From an uncultured beta proteobacterium (GTDB lineage: Bacteria; Pseudomonadota; Gammaproteobacteria; Burkholderiales; Burkholderiaceae_C): a stretch of 64,000 nucleotides of DNA. The DNA lies in contig CAVTWY010000002.1 in the NCBI GenBank assembly GCA_963738575.1, positions 233,798 to 297,797 on the forward strand, written 5' to 3'. Position numbers and translations under genes: made by a program. This document shows positions 48,186 to 60,224 of the stretch, piece after piece. Each line of letters begins with the position of its first letter. The stretch's first letter is position 1. The notes beneath the pieces are model-generated. The model ran no database searches. It was not told where the DNA came from and worked only from the letters and a program-made list of their open reading frames with translations.

Positions 48186-50135
48186 ATGCTTGACGTTCAA
48201 GACCTGAAAGTGTCGCTCGACGGCGAAGCGGGTGTGGTCAAGGCGATTGATGGGTTGCAGCTGTCGGTGCAGCGTGGAGAAACCTTTGCCCTTGTGGGCG
48301 AGAGCGGCTGCGGCAAGAGCATGACGGCACTGGCGCTGATGCGCCTGCTGCCCGAAAATGGTCGCATCACGCAAGGCCGCGTGGGGCTTGATGGCGTCGA
48401 TACCTTGACGCTGCCCGAACGTGAGATGCGCGCTATCCGCGGTGGGCGCATCGGCATGATCTTCCAAGAGCCGGGCACCAGCTTGAACCCGGTGCTGCGC
48501 ATTGGCGACCAGTTGATCGAGGCGATCGAGGCGCACACGCCCCTGCGCGGTAATGCCGCGCGAGCCAAGGCTATCGAATGGCTCAAGCGCGTGGGCATCC
48601 CCGAACCTGAGCGCCGCATCGACGACTACCCGTTTCGCATGAGTGGTGGGCAAAAGCAGCGCGTGATGATCGCGATGACACTGGCCACCGAGCCCGAGTA
48701 CCTGATCGCCGACGAGCCCACCACAGCGCTCGACGTCACCATCCAAAAGCAAATTTTGGAGCTGTTGAAGCAATTGCAGCGAGAGCAGGGCATGGGCATG
48801 CTGCTCATCACGCACGACTTGGGCGTGGTGGCTGGCATGGCGCATCGGGTTGCCCTGATGTACGCGGGGCAGATTGTTGAAGTGGCAACGGCCGCCGCCT
48901 TCTTTGCGGCGCCCAAACATCCGTACGCCAAGGCGCTGCTGGCTGCGATGCCGGACGCCAAACGCAAAGGCCAGGCGCTGACTGCAATCGCAGGCACGGT
49001 GCCCGCGCTGACTCAAGTTTTTGTGGGATGCCGGTTTGCCCCTCGCTGCGCTCAAGCGCTGCCATCTTGTGCCACGACGTTGCCGCCTTGGGTGGAGCTG
49101 GGCGCACAACATGGCGTGCGGTGTGTACTGCTCGACCCGTCCCGGCAAAACCCAAGCGACACCGCTCCAGTTGCAGGTACGACATCCACCACGCGCGGCG
49201 TCACTGCCCAGGTAGCCACTGCCGCCAACGCTGCAACTGCAACTGCAACCGTCGCGGCAACGGATGCGCTAGGAAGAGAATCAGCCACGGCAAGCGCCAT
49301 GGCGGGCGCTGCGCAACCAAGCACTTCGCTGCTCCAAGTCAAAAACCTGATCGTTCGGTTCCCCATCAAGCGCGGTTTGCTGCAGCGCGTTTCGGGCGCC
49401 TTCACGGCCGTAGACGATGTGTCGTTTGACGTGCAGTCGGGATCGACGTTGGCCCTGGTAGGCGAATCAGGTTGCGGCAAGACGACTGCAGGCAAGGCAA
49501 TCGTTCAATTGCTGCGCAACACGGCCGTGGTGCAGGGCGAAGCCTTGCTCCACGGCAAGAACCTGTTTGCGTTGCAGGGCGACGACCTCAAGGCCGCGCG
49601 TCGCGACATTCAGATCATCTTTCAAGACCCGTTCGCGTCTCTCAACCCGCGGCTGCGCGTTTATGACATTTTGGAAGAGGGCCTGACGTCTTTGCGCCCT
49701 GAGCTGGACGGCGCGGCACGTCGGCAAAGCTTGGAGCTTCTGTGCGACCAAGTGGGCCTGCGCCGCGAGGCCATGCTCCGCTATCCGCACGAGTTCAGTG
49801 GAGGCCAGCGCCAGCGCATTGCCATTGCCCGCGCGCTGGCCGTGAGCCCCAAGTTGATCGTTTGCGACGAGCCCACGTCGGCTCTGGACGTCTCGGTGCA
49901 AGCCCAAATCTTGAACTTGCTGCGGGAGCTGCAGCGAACGCTGGGTGTGAGCTACATCTTCATCACCCACAACATCGGGGTGGTGGAGTACATCGCCGAC
50001 CGCGTGGCCGTGATGCGGGGCGGCAAGTTGATCGAGCAAGGCCCTGCCAGCAGCGTGCTGCAAGCCCCCACCCAGGCCTACACCAAGGAACTTCTTAACG
50101 CAGTGCCTCGGGTGGATGTGGCTTTGGTCGGGTAA
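48186..50135 (+). CDS. Fused double ABC ATPase (DppD-DppF/YejF-like)
   Basis: Two complete cassettes: GESGCGKS / MSGGQKQR / [10 protein letters not shown], and GESGCGKT / FSGGQRQR / [10 protein letters not shown]. They are joined by an Ala/Thr-rich linker. Confidence 0.93.
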   Translation: MLDVQDLKVSLDGEAGVVKAIDGLQLSVQRGETFALVGESGCGKSMTALALMRLLPENGRITQGRVGLDGVDTLTLPEREMRAIRGGRIGMIFQEPGTSLNPVLRIGDQLIEAIEAHTPLRGNAARAKAIEWLKRVGIPEPERRIDDYPFRMSGGQKQRVMIAMTLATEPEYLIADEPTTALDVTIQKQILELLKQLQREQGMGMLLITHDLGVVAGMAHRVALMYAGQIVEVATAAAFFAAPKHPYAKALLAAMPDAKRKGQALTAIAGTVPALTQVFVGCRFAPRCAQALPSCATTLPPWVELGAQHGVRCVLLDPSRQNPSDTAPVAGTTSTTRGVTAQVATAANAATATATVAATDALGRESATASAMAGAAQPSTSLLQVKNLIVRFPIKRGLLQRVSGAFTAVDDVSFDVQSGSTLALVGESGCGKTTAGKAIVQLLRNTAVVQGEALLHGKNLFALQGDDLKAARRDIQIIFQDPFASLNPRLRVYDILEEGLTSLRPELDGAARRQSLELLCDQVGLRREAMLRYPHEFSGGQRQRIAIARALAVSPKLIVCDEPTSALDVSVQAQILNLLRELQRTLGVSYIFITHNIGVVEYIADRVAVMRGGKLIEQGPASSVLQAPTQAYTKELLNAVPRVDVALVG

Positions 50136-50508
50136 CGCCCCTTTTTGTTGCGTTCGGCCAACGGTTAGATGTAAGGCTCTAAGGCGCAATTTGGTGCACT
50201 TGGCCGCTTCTGACGCATCAAGTACGGCGCACCTGCAACGTGGTAAATCCTTGTTCTGAGAGGCAACCGGCGGTGCGACGCGATGTCTTGGCGCGGTGCT
50301 AAACGATTGCACGATTCAGGTGCAAGGGCGCACCCAACAGCGTACGCAGTCCCACGCATGGGTTTCCCCGGGCGTTGGACACAAACAGCAACAGTGACAA
50401 TCAAGGTCTAAATTTCGCGGATGCAGGTGGTGGGCATTGGGTTCCATTGGCAGGCGTTTCGCTGAAGTGCTTACTTAACCTTTTTTTTAAACAATCCGAG
50501 GAGAGTCC

Positions 50509-53044
50509 ATGTTTAAGAGGACACAAATTTGCACCGGTGTGCTGTTGGCATTGGGAGGCGCCGTGCTTGTTACGTCGGCACCTGCGGTTGCTCAACAGGG
50601 CCAATCGGTTGAAGTGACGGGTTCGCGCATCAAGCGCGCCGACTCCGAAGGCGCATTGCCTGTCACCGTTATCAAGCGGGAAGAGCTTGAGGCCAGTGGT
50701 GCGGTAACGGTTGCCGAGTTCATGCGCTCTAGCACCTTCTCTTCGGCTGGTAACTTCCGCCCTCAGTCAGGCAGTTCGGCGCAATCCTTTGCCAGCATTG
50801 ACCTGCGCGGTTTGGGCGCTGCCCGCACCCTGGTGTTGCTCGACGGTCGCAGGTTGCCCAAGGGCCCGCAGGTGGGTGACTCAGTCGACTTGAACATGGT
50901 GCCGATGGCGGCGGTTGAGCGCATTGAGATTCTGACGGACGGCGCATCGGCCATTTACGGCTCCGACGCCATTGGTGGCGTGGTCAACATCATTTCGCGC
51001 AAAGACTACGAAGGCATTTCACTTTCGGCCGGCTACACCAAACCGTCCAACAAGGGCGGCGAGCGTGTTGAGGCGTCGGCATTGCTGGGTGTGACGGGCG
51101 AAAAAGGTCGTTTGATCATGGGCTATGGCCGCACTGAGCGTGCCATGGTGTTTACGCGTGATCGGCCATGGGGTGCTGTTCGCGGCGTTTCATCGTTTGG
51201 CAACAACTATCGGCTGCCATCTGGCGCCTACGCGGACATCGGCAGCCTATTTGGTGCTGATCGCACGGTGGGTTGTACGGATCCGAACTTTTACCTGACG
51301 GCCACCACTTGTTCCTACGACTTCAATGCCGTGGCAGCTGACGAAGCTAACATTGAGTCGAATACCTTGTTTGCGCGCGGTGAGCATCGCATCAACAACG
51401 ATTGGACTGCTTACGTTTGGGGTTCATCCACCAACACCACAAGCTTTGGTCGGTATGCGCCAACGCCAGCGCAGCTGACCGTGCAGCCAGGGCCTAACAA
51501 CCCGACAGCGGCGCCAATCACCGTCCGTCACCGCACCGCCGCAGCGGGCAATCGTGACACCAACACTGACAATACCCTGCGGGATTTCATGGTTGGTGTT
51601 CAAGGCAAGATCTCCAAAGACTTTGAGGTGGATGTTGGCGTTCGCAACACCAACAGCAAGTACGGTGAGCTGGGCCGCAACTACATCGTTCGCCCGATTC
51701 TTGAGCAATACGTTAACGACGGCACCTACGACCTACTCAACCCCAACGCGAACGACCCCGCCGTGTTGAGCGCGATCAAAGCCACCATCGGCCGCGATTC
51801 GCTTTACTCCATCAAAGAGGTGTTTGCGACAGGAACTGCGTACAACATGTTCAAAACCCCAGGGGGGGCTGCGACCTTGCTGCTTGGCACGGAGTATCGC
51901 GAAGAGAAGTACCAAGACATTTATGACTCGCTGTCTGAAGCGGGCGTGATTGAGGGCTCAGCAGGTAACTCAGCTGGCGGTACCCGCAAGGTTGCTTCGG
52001 TCACGGCGGAAATGTTGGTTCCGGTCGTCAAGGGCCTCGAGTTCACGTTGGCTGGGCGGTTTGAGAAATACTCCGATTACGGCAACGACTTTGCACCCAA
52101 ATTGTCGGTTCGCTGGCAGCCTACGCGCAACATCACGATCCGTGGTTCAGCCGGCACAGGCTTCCGCGCACCAAGTTTGCCGATCATTACGCAGAAAACG
52201 ACCTTCTCGGCGGAGTCGGTGCTGGATCCAGCAACCTGCCGACTTGTTTGGCGGTCAAGGCTCCATCTTGACACCCGTCACCGCAGGGCTGACGCCAGCT
52301 AACGATTGCGACGTTGCGAAGTTGGTGCAAGTGGATTCGTTCACGGGCTCAAACCCTTCGCTCAAGTCGGAAAAGTCCAAGCAGTTTGCCTTTGGTGCAG
52401 TTTGGGATGCCACCGATTTCTTGAGCATCAAAGCTGACTACTACAACATCAAGATTCGCGATGCGATTACGCTGATTGGTGCCCAAGACCTGATTGATCG
52501 CAGCAACGGCGCGTCAACGTTGCCGATTCCAGCGGGCTTAGGTGTGTACGCAATGCTGCTGGTGCCATCGACCGCGTGCAACAGGGCTATGCCAACGAAG
52601 GTACGGTGCAGGCTGAAGGCATTGACCTTGACTTCACTGGCAAGTGGAAGTTGGACGGCGTTGGAAGCTTCAACGCATAACTTGCGTTATTCGCAAGTTT
52701 TGAAGTACAGCATCAACGGCGATGAGCAAAAAGGCTTGCTTGGCTTGCCCAAGTACCGAGCGACGCTGACCAACGGATGGGGCTTGGGGCCCGTGGCCGT
52801 GTCTTGGAACCTGAACGTCATCGGGAAGAACGGCATTGCTGACGGCCGCACGGCCAGCACCTACTTCACCAACGACATTCAATTGGCCTACACCACGCCG
52901 TGGAAGGGCAAGTTGACCGTGGGTGTTGTCAACGTGGGTAACAAAGCGCCAGAGTTGGTTGCCTATGACGGCCGCAACTTCAACTTCTACCTGTACGACT
53001 CGTACGGCCGCCAGCCGTACATTCGTCTGGAGCAAAAGTTCTAA
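50509..53044 (+). CDS. TonB-dependent outer-membrane receptor, about three frame breaks
   Basis: Signal peptide, plug domain (VEVTGSRIKR, IERIEILTDGASAIYGSDAIGGVVNII), and a terminal beta-strand ending ...YIRLEQKF. The body is split between ORFs 50509..52302 and 51950..53044. An out-of-frame stretch (VRNAAGAIDRVQQGYANEGTVQAEGIDLDFTGKWKL) lies between about 52547 and 52672. Confidence 0.85.
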
Positions 53045-53066
53045 GTCGGTACTTGATGCCGTCAAT

Positions 53067-53093
53067 AAGGGGCTCGCAAGAGCCCCTTTTTTT
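53067..53093 (+). terminator. Rho-independent terminator
   Basis: AAGGGGCTC-GCAA-GAGCCCCTT hairpin (9-bp stem, GNRA-like loop) followed by a T7 run, 23 nt after the receptor stop and between convergent genes. Confidence 0.8.
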
Positions 53094-53279
53094 ATGCTTT
53101 GTTGCCGTTAACAGCCCAGGCAAAGATGCCTTCGACGCCACACAACGGTTGCGCCGTCGCTTCGATGCGCAACATTCGAAGTTGTTCAACCCACGTGACC
53201 AATCGACTGCGCATTCAACGCGCATTGGACCAATTCTTGAAGGCGCAGTTGGTGTCTGCAACCCAGGCCAGCCAATCGC

Positions 53280-54163
53280 TCAACGCCCATGGGATGCGGG
53301 TCCTTGGCCTTGCATGGCCTGGGTGAACGCATGGCCTAAAGCGTTGCGGGACTCCACCAGAATGTCAGGGCAATGGGAGGCATTGATGCGCACCTGGAGC
53401 GGATGCTGCGCGGCATTGAATTGATCTTTAAGTGCATTGGCGCTTGCGTCACGTTGCAACGCTTGGCGCCCCTCTGCGGTCGGCGGCGCGGGCGGCGGGC
53501 TCCAGCATGGCACGGCCCAGCGCCAAAAATCCGTCCTGCTTTTGCAGCCATGCGATGTGATTCAGCTCTTCGCGTGCCAGTGCCACCGTGATGGAGTCAG
53601 CATGATGCATCACCAAGTGCAACTGCCCACGAGGGCGAAGAACGCGTGACAGCCTCAGGCAGTGACGCCTCAGGCTGCGTGTACTCCATGCCAAACTGGC
53701 TGACCACCACGTGCACGCTCTGATCGGCCATCGGCAAGTGCTCGGCACGTGTGCGTGCATGAAAAGTAACTTGCTTTTGCAGCGACGGCGCCACGCTTTT
53801 GACCCAGGCTGGCTCAACGTCGGCCATGTCCACGCCGTGGAAATCAAACGATCGTGACGGGGCCATGGCGATAGACATGGCGGCCAGCGGCCCGTTGCCA
53901 CAGGCGATGTCAAGGATGCAACTTCGGTTGGCAAAGCCGTTGAACAACCTCTGCCAATGCGTGCCAATCACCCCAGCATCCCCGCGGTCTTGCCCCGTGT
54001 CACACGACTGCATAACACCTGACTGCCAGTAGCGGCTCCAGGCGGTCGCACGCGCCGCCCGTGCTTCGTCGTTGTTGCCCAACCCGGTGGTCGGTTGCTC
54101 CGGTGTAGCGGGCGGGCTATCGAATGACAGCTTGGAAGCCATGGGATTGAGTGGGGCTGTCAC
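53280..54163 (-). CDS. Class I SAM-dependent methyltransferase, at least two frame breaks and an uncertain 3' end
   Basis: Motif I ILDIACGNGPL; post-I/II region VHVVVSQFGMEY; and LRPRGQLHLVMHH is readable only after a shift near 53640. A second shift lies at about 53470-53500. Confidence 0.5.
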
Positions 54164-54225
54164 AGATAATTTGTGTGTCCTGTGCCATGATTATGAAACA
54201 CACATTTTGTCCGTGAAGGGCTTTC

Positions 54226-56292
54226 ATGATTCGCACATTGTTTACACTTGCAGCCGCCGTAGCGGCGATGGCAACTTATGGCAGCCATGCGGCAGCTCAA
54301 ACCACTGCGAGCGCGGCCAAACCGCCCGCACCGCCATCGACCATTCCCATTGAGGACTTCTACAAGAAGCCGTTGTTCCGCTCGCCCAAGCTGTCGCCGT
54401 CGGGGCAGCAACTGGCCATGCTGGTGCCAGCAGGCAACAAGCGTGTGGGGCTTGCAGTTGCCAACATCGCCACCCCCACCAAGTTTGTAGGCATCGCGCA
54501 ATTTGACGATGCAGACGTGCTTCAGTTTGACTGGGTGAATGAAAAGCGACTGGTTTTTTCGGCCGTTGATTTTCAGTCGCCTCTGGCTGATCAAGCAGGC
54601 TCAGGCTTGTATGCTGTTGACGCTGATGGCAGCAATTTTTTGTGGTTGATTGAGCGTGACAAAGGCTACCGAGTCGTGGGCGTGGCAGCCAGTCGCCCGT
54701 TGCCAGCACGCAATCGCTACGTTGAGCCTGTGCGAGATGGGTCGGACGACGTGCTCATTCAAACCTACGTTGGCGACTCTTGGGCGCACTCGCCGGACTC
54801 GTCGATCCGGCGCCTCAATACGCGCGCTCTGACGGTCAAATCGGTTTACTCCCAAGCGGTTCCAAGTGGCGTGGCCAGTTGGGTGTTGGACCAGAACTTG
54901 CAGCCCCGATTTGCCATCAGCAGCGACACCTACGGCGACCGCAATGACATCATCATTTGGCATCGTGCGACTGACTCGTCCGACTGGAAGCAACTAGACA
55001 AGTTCGACTTGTTCAATGCGCCGGCCAACAGCGCCGTTCCGGTGTCGGTTGACTTTGACGGCACGGTGTACGCAACGTCGGCGCAAAACATTCAAACGAC
55101 CAACCCCAACGGCTACGCTGCCCTCTATCGTTACGATGTCGAGAAGAAGCGCCTTGGCGACAAGCCCCTACTTGCCGTAAAAGACCACGACTTTATGGGC
55201 ACCGTCATCAAAGATCGCGGTGCCAAAAGAACCATTGGCGTTCGCTACATCAGCGACGCTTACGGCGTGGCTTGGTTTGATGAAGGCATGCAGAAGGTGC
55301 AAGGAGCCGTTGACAAGTTGCTCCCTTCGACCAACAACTCGTTGGGTTGCCCGGCGGGTTCATGCATGGGAGCCAGTTCTTATGTGGTCACAGCGTATTC
55401 TGATCGCCAACCACCTGCCCATTTTTTGTACAACACAGCCACCAACAGTCTCAAGCTGATTGGCGCGGCATACCCTTGGCTCGACTCTCGCCAGTTGGCC
55501 GAGCAAGACGTGACGCGCATCAAGGCGCGTGACGGTAAGGTTGACATTCCCCTCTACATCACCAAGCCCCAAGGCAAAGGGCCATGGCCTACAGTGATGT
55601 TGGTGCACGGCGGCCCTTTTGTGCGTGGTCACGAATGGGGCTTTTCACCCGATGCCCAGTTTTTGGCATCTCGCGGCTATTTGGTGATCGAACCCGAGTT
55701 TCGCGGCAGCTTGGGTTATGGCGACAAGCATTTCAGGGCAGGCTGGAAGCAGTGGGGCCTGTCGATGCAAGACGACGTCACCGACGCCACGCAGTGGGCC
55801 ATTGATCAAAAAATGGCAGACCCCAATCGCATCGCGATTGCGGGTGCCAGTTATGGGGGTTACGCCACGATGATGGGTTTGCTCAAAGAACCCAAACTCT
55901 ACAAGGCTGGTATCAATTGGGTGGGCGTCACCGACATCAACTTGATGTACGACATCGGGTGGAGCGACTTTGCCGGCTCGCAATGGACCCGGTTTGGCAT
56001 GCGAAAAATGGTGGGCGACCCCAAGACCGATGCCGAGCAACTCACGGCAACGTCCCCCCTCAAGAACGCAGCACGCATCAAACAGCCGGTGCTGATGGCC
56101 TATGGTGAAGAAGACCTGCGGGTGCCCCTGCCACACGGCACGCGCATGCGCGATGCGCTAACGGCCAGTGGCAACACCAACGTTGAGTGGGTTCAGTACG
56201 CAGGCGAAGGGCATGGCTTCATGTTGACCGAGAACAATGTCAACTTCTGGTCGCGGGTCGAGAAGTTTTTGGCCAAGCACTTGGCCAAGTAG
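54226..56292 (+). CDS. S9 family serine peptidase (prolyl oligopeptidase / DPP-like)
   Basis: Signal peptide, an N-terminal beta-propeller-like region, and a C-terminal catalytic domain with GASYGGY, EEDLRVP and GEGHGF. Confidence 0.88.
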   Translation: MIRTLFTLAAAVAAMATYGSHAAAQTTASAAKPPAPPSTIPIEDFYKKPLFRSPKLSPSGQQLAMLVPAGNKRVGLAVANIATPTKFVGIAQFDDADVLQFDWVNEKRLVFSAVDFQSPLADQAGSGLYAVDADGSNFLWLIERDKGYRVVGVAASRPLPARNRYVEPVRDGSDDVLIQTYVGDSWAHSPDSSIRRLNTRALTVKSVYSQAVPSGVASWVLDQNLQPRFAISSDTYGDRNDIIIWHRATDSSDWKQLDKFDLFNAPANSAVPVSVDFDGTVYATSAQNIQTTNPNGYAALYRYDVEKKRLGDKPLLAVKDHDFMGTVIKDRGAKRTIGVRYISDAYGVAWFDEGMQKVQGAVDKLLPSTNNSLGCPAGSCMGASSYVVTAYSDRQPPAHFLYNTATNSLKLIGAAYPWLDSRQLAEQDVTRIKARDGKVDIPLYITKPQGKGPWPTVMLVHGGPFVRGHEWGFSPDAQFLASRGYLVIEPEFRGSLGYGDKHFRAGWKQWGLSMQDDVTDATQWAIDQKMADPNRIAIAGASYGGYATMMGLLKEPKLYKAGINWVGVTDINLMYDIGWSDFAGSQWTRFGMRKMVGDPKTDAEQLTATSPLKNAARIKQPVLMAYGEEDLRVPLPHGTRMRDALTASGNTNVEWVQYAGEGHGFMLTENNVNFWSRVEKFLAKHLAK

Positions 56293-56297
56293 CCGAT

Positions 56298-57591
56298 CTA
56301 CCGGCCGGTGGCGTTCTCGATGCCGTCAATGCACTCTACCAAGTGCTTGACGGCGTCCCGTTCTGCCACCGTCAGGTGGGGGTTCCAACAGTCCATCAAC
56401 AGGATCAATCGCGGCTGCTCGGAGCGGTTCCAAGCCTCGTGCAAGTAGGTGTCGTCAAACATCATCGGCTTGCCCTCGCGCCAATGGTGCTCACCCACGT
56501 CAACCAGGTTGAGCGCGCAGTGCTCAGGCACGATCAACGGCAAGTGCATCACCATGCGCGTGTTGGTGACACCATGATGCGCTTTGATGGTTGATTGGGG
56601 GCGAATGACAGAGAAGCAGACTTCGGGCGCCTGATTGCCAACGCGGCAAAGTTCCAACGAGTCAAGCACGGCGCTCGTTGTGGGGCATTTGGCGTGGTTG
56701 GCATCGATGCGCTGGCCGTGGCGGTAGAAAAAAAACGCGTCCCAGGCGGCATGTGGGTTGCTGCCACCCACATAGGCTTGGCTGGCTTGGCCTGGTTGGA
56801 GCCCTAGAAAGCTGACAAAGTCTTGATCGTTGGTCAACAGCGCCTGAGCGTCGGCGCGAATCAGCTGCCAGGCGTCAACGAGTTGCCGCGTCCAAGGATG
56901 CAGGTAGGGGTCTTGGTAGGCCGCATCGGGCAAATCTGGAAAGTAAAAGAACTTGGGGCGCTGGCGTGCGTGCGGTGGCATGGCGTGCCACTCACCCAGG
57001 TACGCAGTGATCGCGCGCTCAACGCGATCTACCGAGCGTGCGCCGTGCACATCGCGTGCCGCGTGCAGCACCTCAAAGAGTCGCTCCCGACGATCGCGTC
57101 GAAAGGCGTCAAACTGGCGCGCAACAAACGACTGCAGCTCCGGCTCGGTGGTCTTGGCGTCCCGCCACCGACCCGAAGCCTGCGCGCGCGAAATGCGCTT
57201 GATAGCGTGCACGAAGCGATGCCAACGCATCCCCGCAGGCATCGCAAGCGTCGGCCAACATCATCCATGCAACGTGGAGGCTTGGATCGTCCGCGACCAC
57301 GTGCTCGAGCTGAGCGCGCGCCAGAACTCCGTCGCCCAGTGCTGCAAGCACCTGCGCCCATTCAAAGCGCAGTGTGTTGTCGGTGGGCGCGTGTTGTACT
57401 GCCAAAGCTAAATGAGCTTGGGCCGCGTCAAGGTCGTCTCGCAGCAAGGCCAACTGGGCAATGCCCTGCGCCGCCGGCACGCAGTCGGGGCGCTCTTGCA
57501 ACAGGGCCCTCAACAGTGCGTCGGCTTGCAAAACCTCGCCGCGCTCTGCATGTTGCCGAGCCCTGTCGAGGCGGGGGTCATCGTGCCTCAA
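56298..57591 (-). CDS. TPR-repeat / aspartyl-asparaginyl beta-hydroxylase (LpxO-like cupin) fusion, one frame break
   Basis: The TPR-like N-terminus is in ORF 57109..57591. The hydroxylase core (HHGVTNTRMVMHLPLIVP, FDDTYLHEAWN) is in ORF 56298..57242. The frames overlap, so a shift lies within 57109-57242. Confidence 0.7.
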
Positions 57592-57638
57592 AGCAACCCC
57601 CGTCCTTCATCCTGTGGCGAAGACCCACAGCGCGCAGG

Positions 57639-58397
57639 CTACTTCGGCGCCAACCGAATCGCCCCATCCAGCCGAATCACCTCGCCATTGAGCATGTCGT
57701 TTTCGATGATGTGCTTGGCCAGTTTGGCGTAGTCCTCGGGGGTGCCCAAGCGGCTGGGGAAGGGTATGTTGGCGGCCAGGCTTTCTTGCACCTCTTTGGG
57801 CAAGCCGTCCATCATGGGCGTCTTGAAGATGCCTGGGGCGATGGTCATGTTGCGGATGCCGTTGCGGGCCAGGTCGCGCGCAATGGGCAAGGTCATGCCG
57901 ACGATGCCGCCCTTGCTGGCCGAGTAGGCTGCTTGGCCAATTTGGCCGTCGTAAGCGGCCACGCTGGCGGTGGAGATCAGCACGCCGCGCTCGCCGGTGG
58001 GCTCGGGCGTGTTTTTGCACATGGCGTCAGCCGCCACACGGATCATGTTGAACGACCCAACAAGGTTGATGGCAATCACTTTTTGAAACTGCGCCAGCAC
58101 GTGCGGGCCGTCTTTGCCCACGGTTTTCATGCCGATGGCGATGCCTGCGCAATTCACCAAACCAAACAAGGCGCCCATGCGCAGTGCCTGTGCCACAGCG
58201 GCTTGGGCGTCGGCTTCTTGGGTCACGTCGCATTTGACAAAGGCGCCACCGATGGCCTTGGCGGCAGCTTCGCCGCGTTCAACTTGCACATCGGCAATCA
58301 CCACCTTGGCGCCGCTGGCAGCCAGCATGCGTGCCGTGCCTCCGCCCAAACCCGAGGCGCCGCCCGTGACGATGAAAACTTTGCCTTGAATGTCCAC
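57639..58397 (-). CDS. SDR-family 3-hydroxyacyl-CoA dehydrogenase (HSD10-like)
   Basis: TGGASGLG cofactor motif, catalytic YSASKGG, and a C-terminal [12 protein letters not shown] block typical of type-2 HADH. Confidence 0.85.
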   Translation of the reverse strand: MDIQGKVFIVTGGASGLGGGTARMLAASGAKVVIADVQVERGEAAAKAIGGAFVKCDVTQEADAQAAVAQALRMGALFGLVNCAGIAIGMKTVGKDGPHVLAQFQKVIAINLVGSFNMIRVAADAMCKNTPEPTGERGVLISTASVAAYDGQIGQAAYSASKGGIVGMTLPIARDLARNGIRNMTIAPGIFKTPMMDGLPKEVQESLAANIPFPSRLGTPEDYAKLAKHIIENDMLNGEVIRLDGAIRLAPK

Positions 58398-58427
58398 TGA
58401 AAACCTCCGCTGATTGCCGTTGTTAGA

Positions 58428-59114
<687 letters not shown>

Positions 59115-59208
59115 TCAGTTTGGGTGGCAACGATTTATGCCCTGTCACTTGAGAATATCACGCCCCCATCGCTGGATGCTGCGGGCGCTTGGGCCCGGGC
59201 ATGGGGGT

Positions 59209-59982
59209 TTATTCCTGTTGGCGCGCGTGCTCAAAAAGCGCTCGAACGCGCAGCAAGTCGTCGGGCGTATCAACCCCGGGCAGTGGCGCCAAGGGGCTGA
59301 CATGCACGGCAATGCGCTCGCCATGCCACAGCGCGCGCAATTGCTCCAATGCTTCGATCTGCTCCATGGGCGCGGGTGCCAACAGAGGAAACCGACGCAA
59401 GAAGCCCACACGGTATCCATAGATGCCCATGTGCCTCAGTGGCGCTTGATGGGGCGGGTAGGCTGGTGCCATGGGTTGGCTGCCGTCACGCCACCAAGGA
59501 ATGGGCGCTCGGCTGAAGTAAAGCGCGCGTTGCTGCGCGTCCAGCACCACCTTGACCACGTTGGGGTTGGCAAAGTCTGCTTCATCGTGCACGGCATGGG
59601 CCACCGTGGTCATGGCGCAATCGGGGCGCAGCAGCAACAGGTCGGCGCACGCATCAATCAGGGCCGCGTCAATCAAGGGTTCGTCCCCTTGAACGTTAAC
59701 AATGATGTCGGCGTCGGCCAACCCGAGCAAGGTACTGGCTTCCGACAAGCGGTCGCTGCCGCTGGCGTGGTCGCTGCGCGTCATAAGCGCTTCCACGCGG
59801 TGGGCTTTGCAGGCCTCCATGACTTCAAGGCTGTCGGTTGCCACCACCACATGGTTGGCCTTGGAAAGCCTGGCGCGCTCGACGACACGCACCACCATGG
59901 GGGTTCCGCCCAAGTCGGCCAGCGGTTTGCGCGGCAAACGGGTTGATGCCAGCCGCGCAGGAACAATGACGGTGAAGGCCAT
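59209..59982 (-). CDS. kdsB: 3-deoxy-manno-octulosonate cytidylyltransferase
   Basis: [25 protein letters not shown] and [10 protein letters not shown] motifs. Confidence 0.93.
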   Translation of the reverse strand: MAFTVIVPARLASTRLPRKPLADLGGTPMVVRVVERARLSKANHVVVATDSLEVMEACKAHRVEALMTRSDHASGSDRLSEASTLLGLADADIIVNVQGDEPLIDAALIDACADLLLLRPDCAMTTVAHAVHDEADFANPNVVKVVLDAQQRALYFSRAPIPWWRDGSQPMAPAYPPHQAPLRHMGIYGYRVGFLRRFPLLAPAPMEQIEALEQLRALWHGERIAVHVSPLAPLPGVDTPDDLLRVRALFEHARQQE

Positions 59983-59999
59983 GCCGACGCCCTGGGCTC

Positions 60000-60224
60000 T
60001 CAGTCCAACGGAGCAGACGACATGGCAGGTGGCGGCGTGTCTGCACTGTCGTAGGGCTGTGCTTCGCTCTCCAGCATCACGGGTATCCCATCACGCACGG
60101 GAAACGCCAGATGGTCGGCAGGACATGCCAAGGCAGCCAGCAACCCTTCTTGATGCACGGCCACCAGCGGCCCTTTGCAAACGGGGCACACCAACAATTC
60201 CAACAAGCGCGTGTCGAGAGTCAT
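60000..60224 (-). CDS. ycaR: Trm112/YcaR (UPF0434) family small protein
   Basis: [14 protein letters not shown] ... [16 protein letters not shown]. The start at 60224 overlaps the lpxK stop. Confidence 0.8.
   Translation of the reverse strand: MTLDTRLLELLVCPVCKGPLVAVHQEGLLAALACPADHLAFPVRDGIPVMLESEAQPYDSADTPPPAMSSAPLD

Noticed and set aside
47268-49148. 626-aa minus-strand ORF
   Set aside because: It is antisense to the well-supported ABC permease and ATPase genes. Its composition is Arg/His/Gln/Gly-rich with no motifs, typical of a high-GC shadow ORF.
49190-49330. Repeat or mobile insertion inside the ABC ATPase gene
   Set aside because: The GCAACTGCAACTGCAACC-type repeats encode an in-frame Ala/Thr-rich linker between the two ATPase cassettes. 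This is a low-complexity linker, not an element.
50136-50508. Cobalamin or TPP riboswitch in front of the TonB-dependent receptor
   Set aside because: Isolated look-alike words occur (GGTAAATCC, CTGAGAGG), but I found no B12 box (AGYCMGGAGACCKGCC-like) or THI-box core in the right order. This is left as an unexplained leader only.
56823-58400. 525-aa plus-strand ORF
   Set aside because: It is antisense to the Asp-beta-hydroxylase and SDR genes, which carry clear catalytic motifs. This is a shadow ORF.
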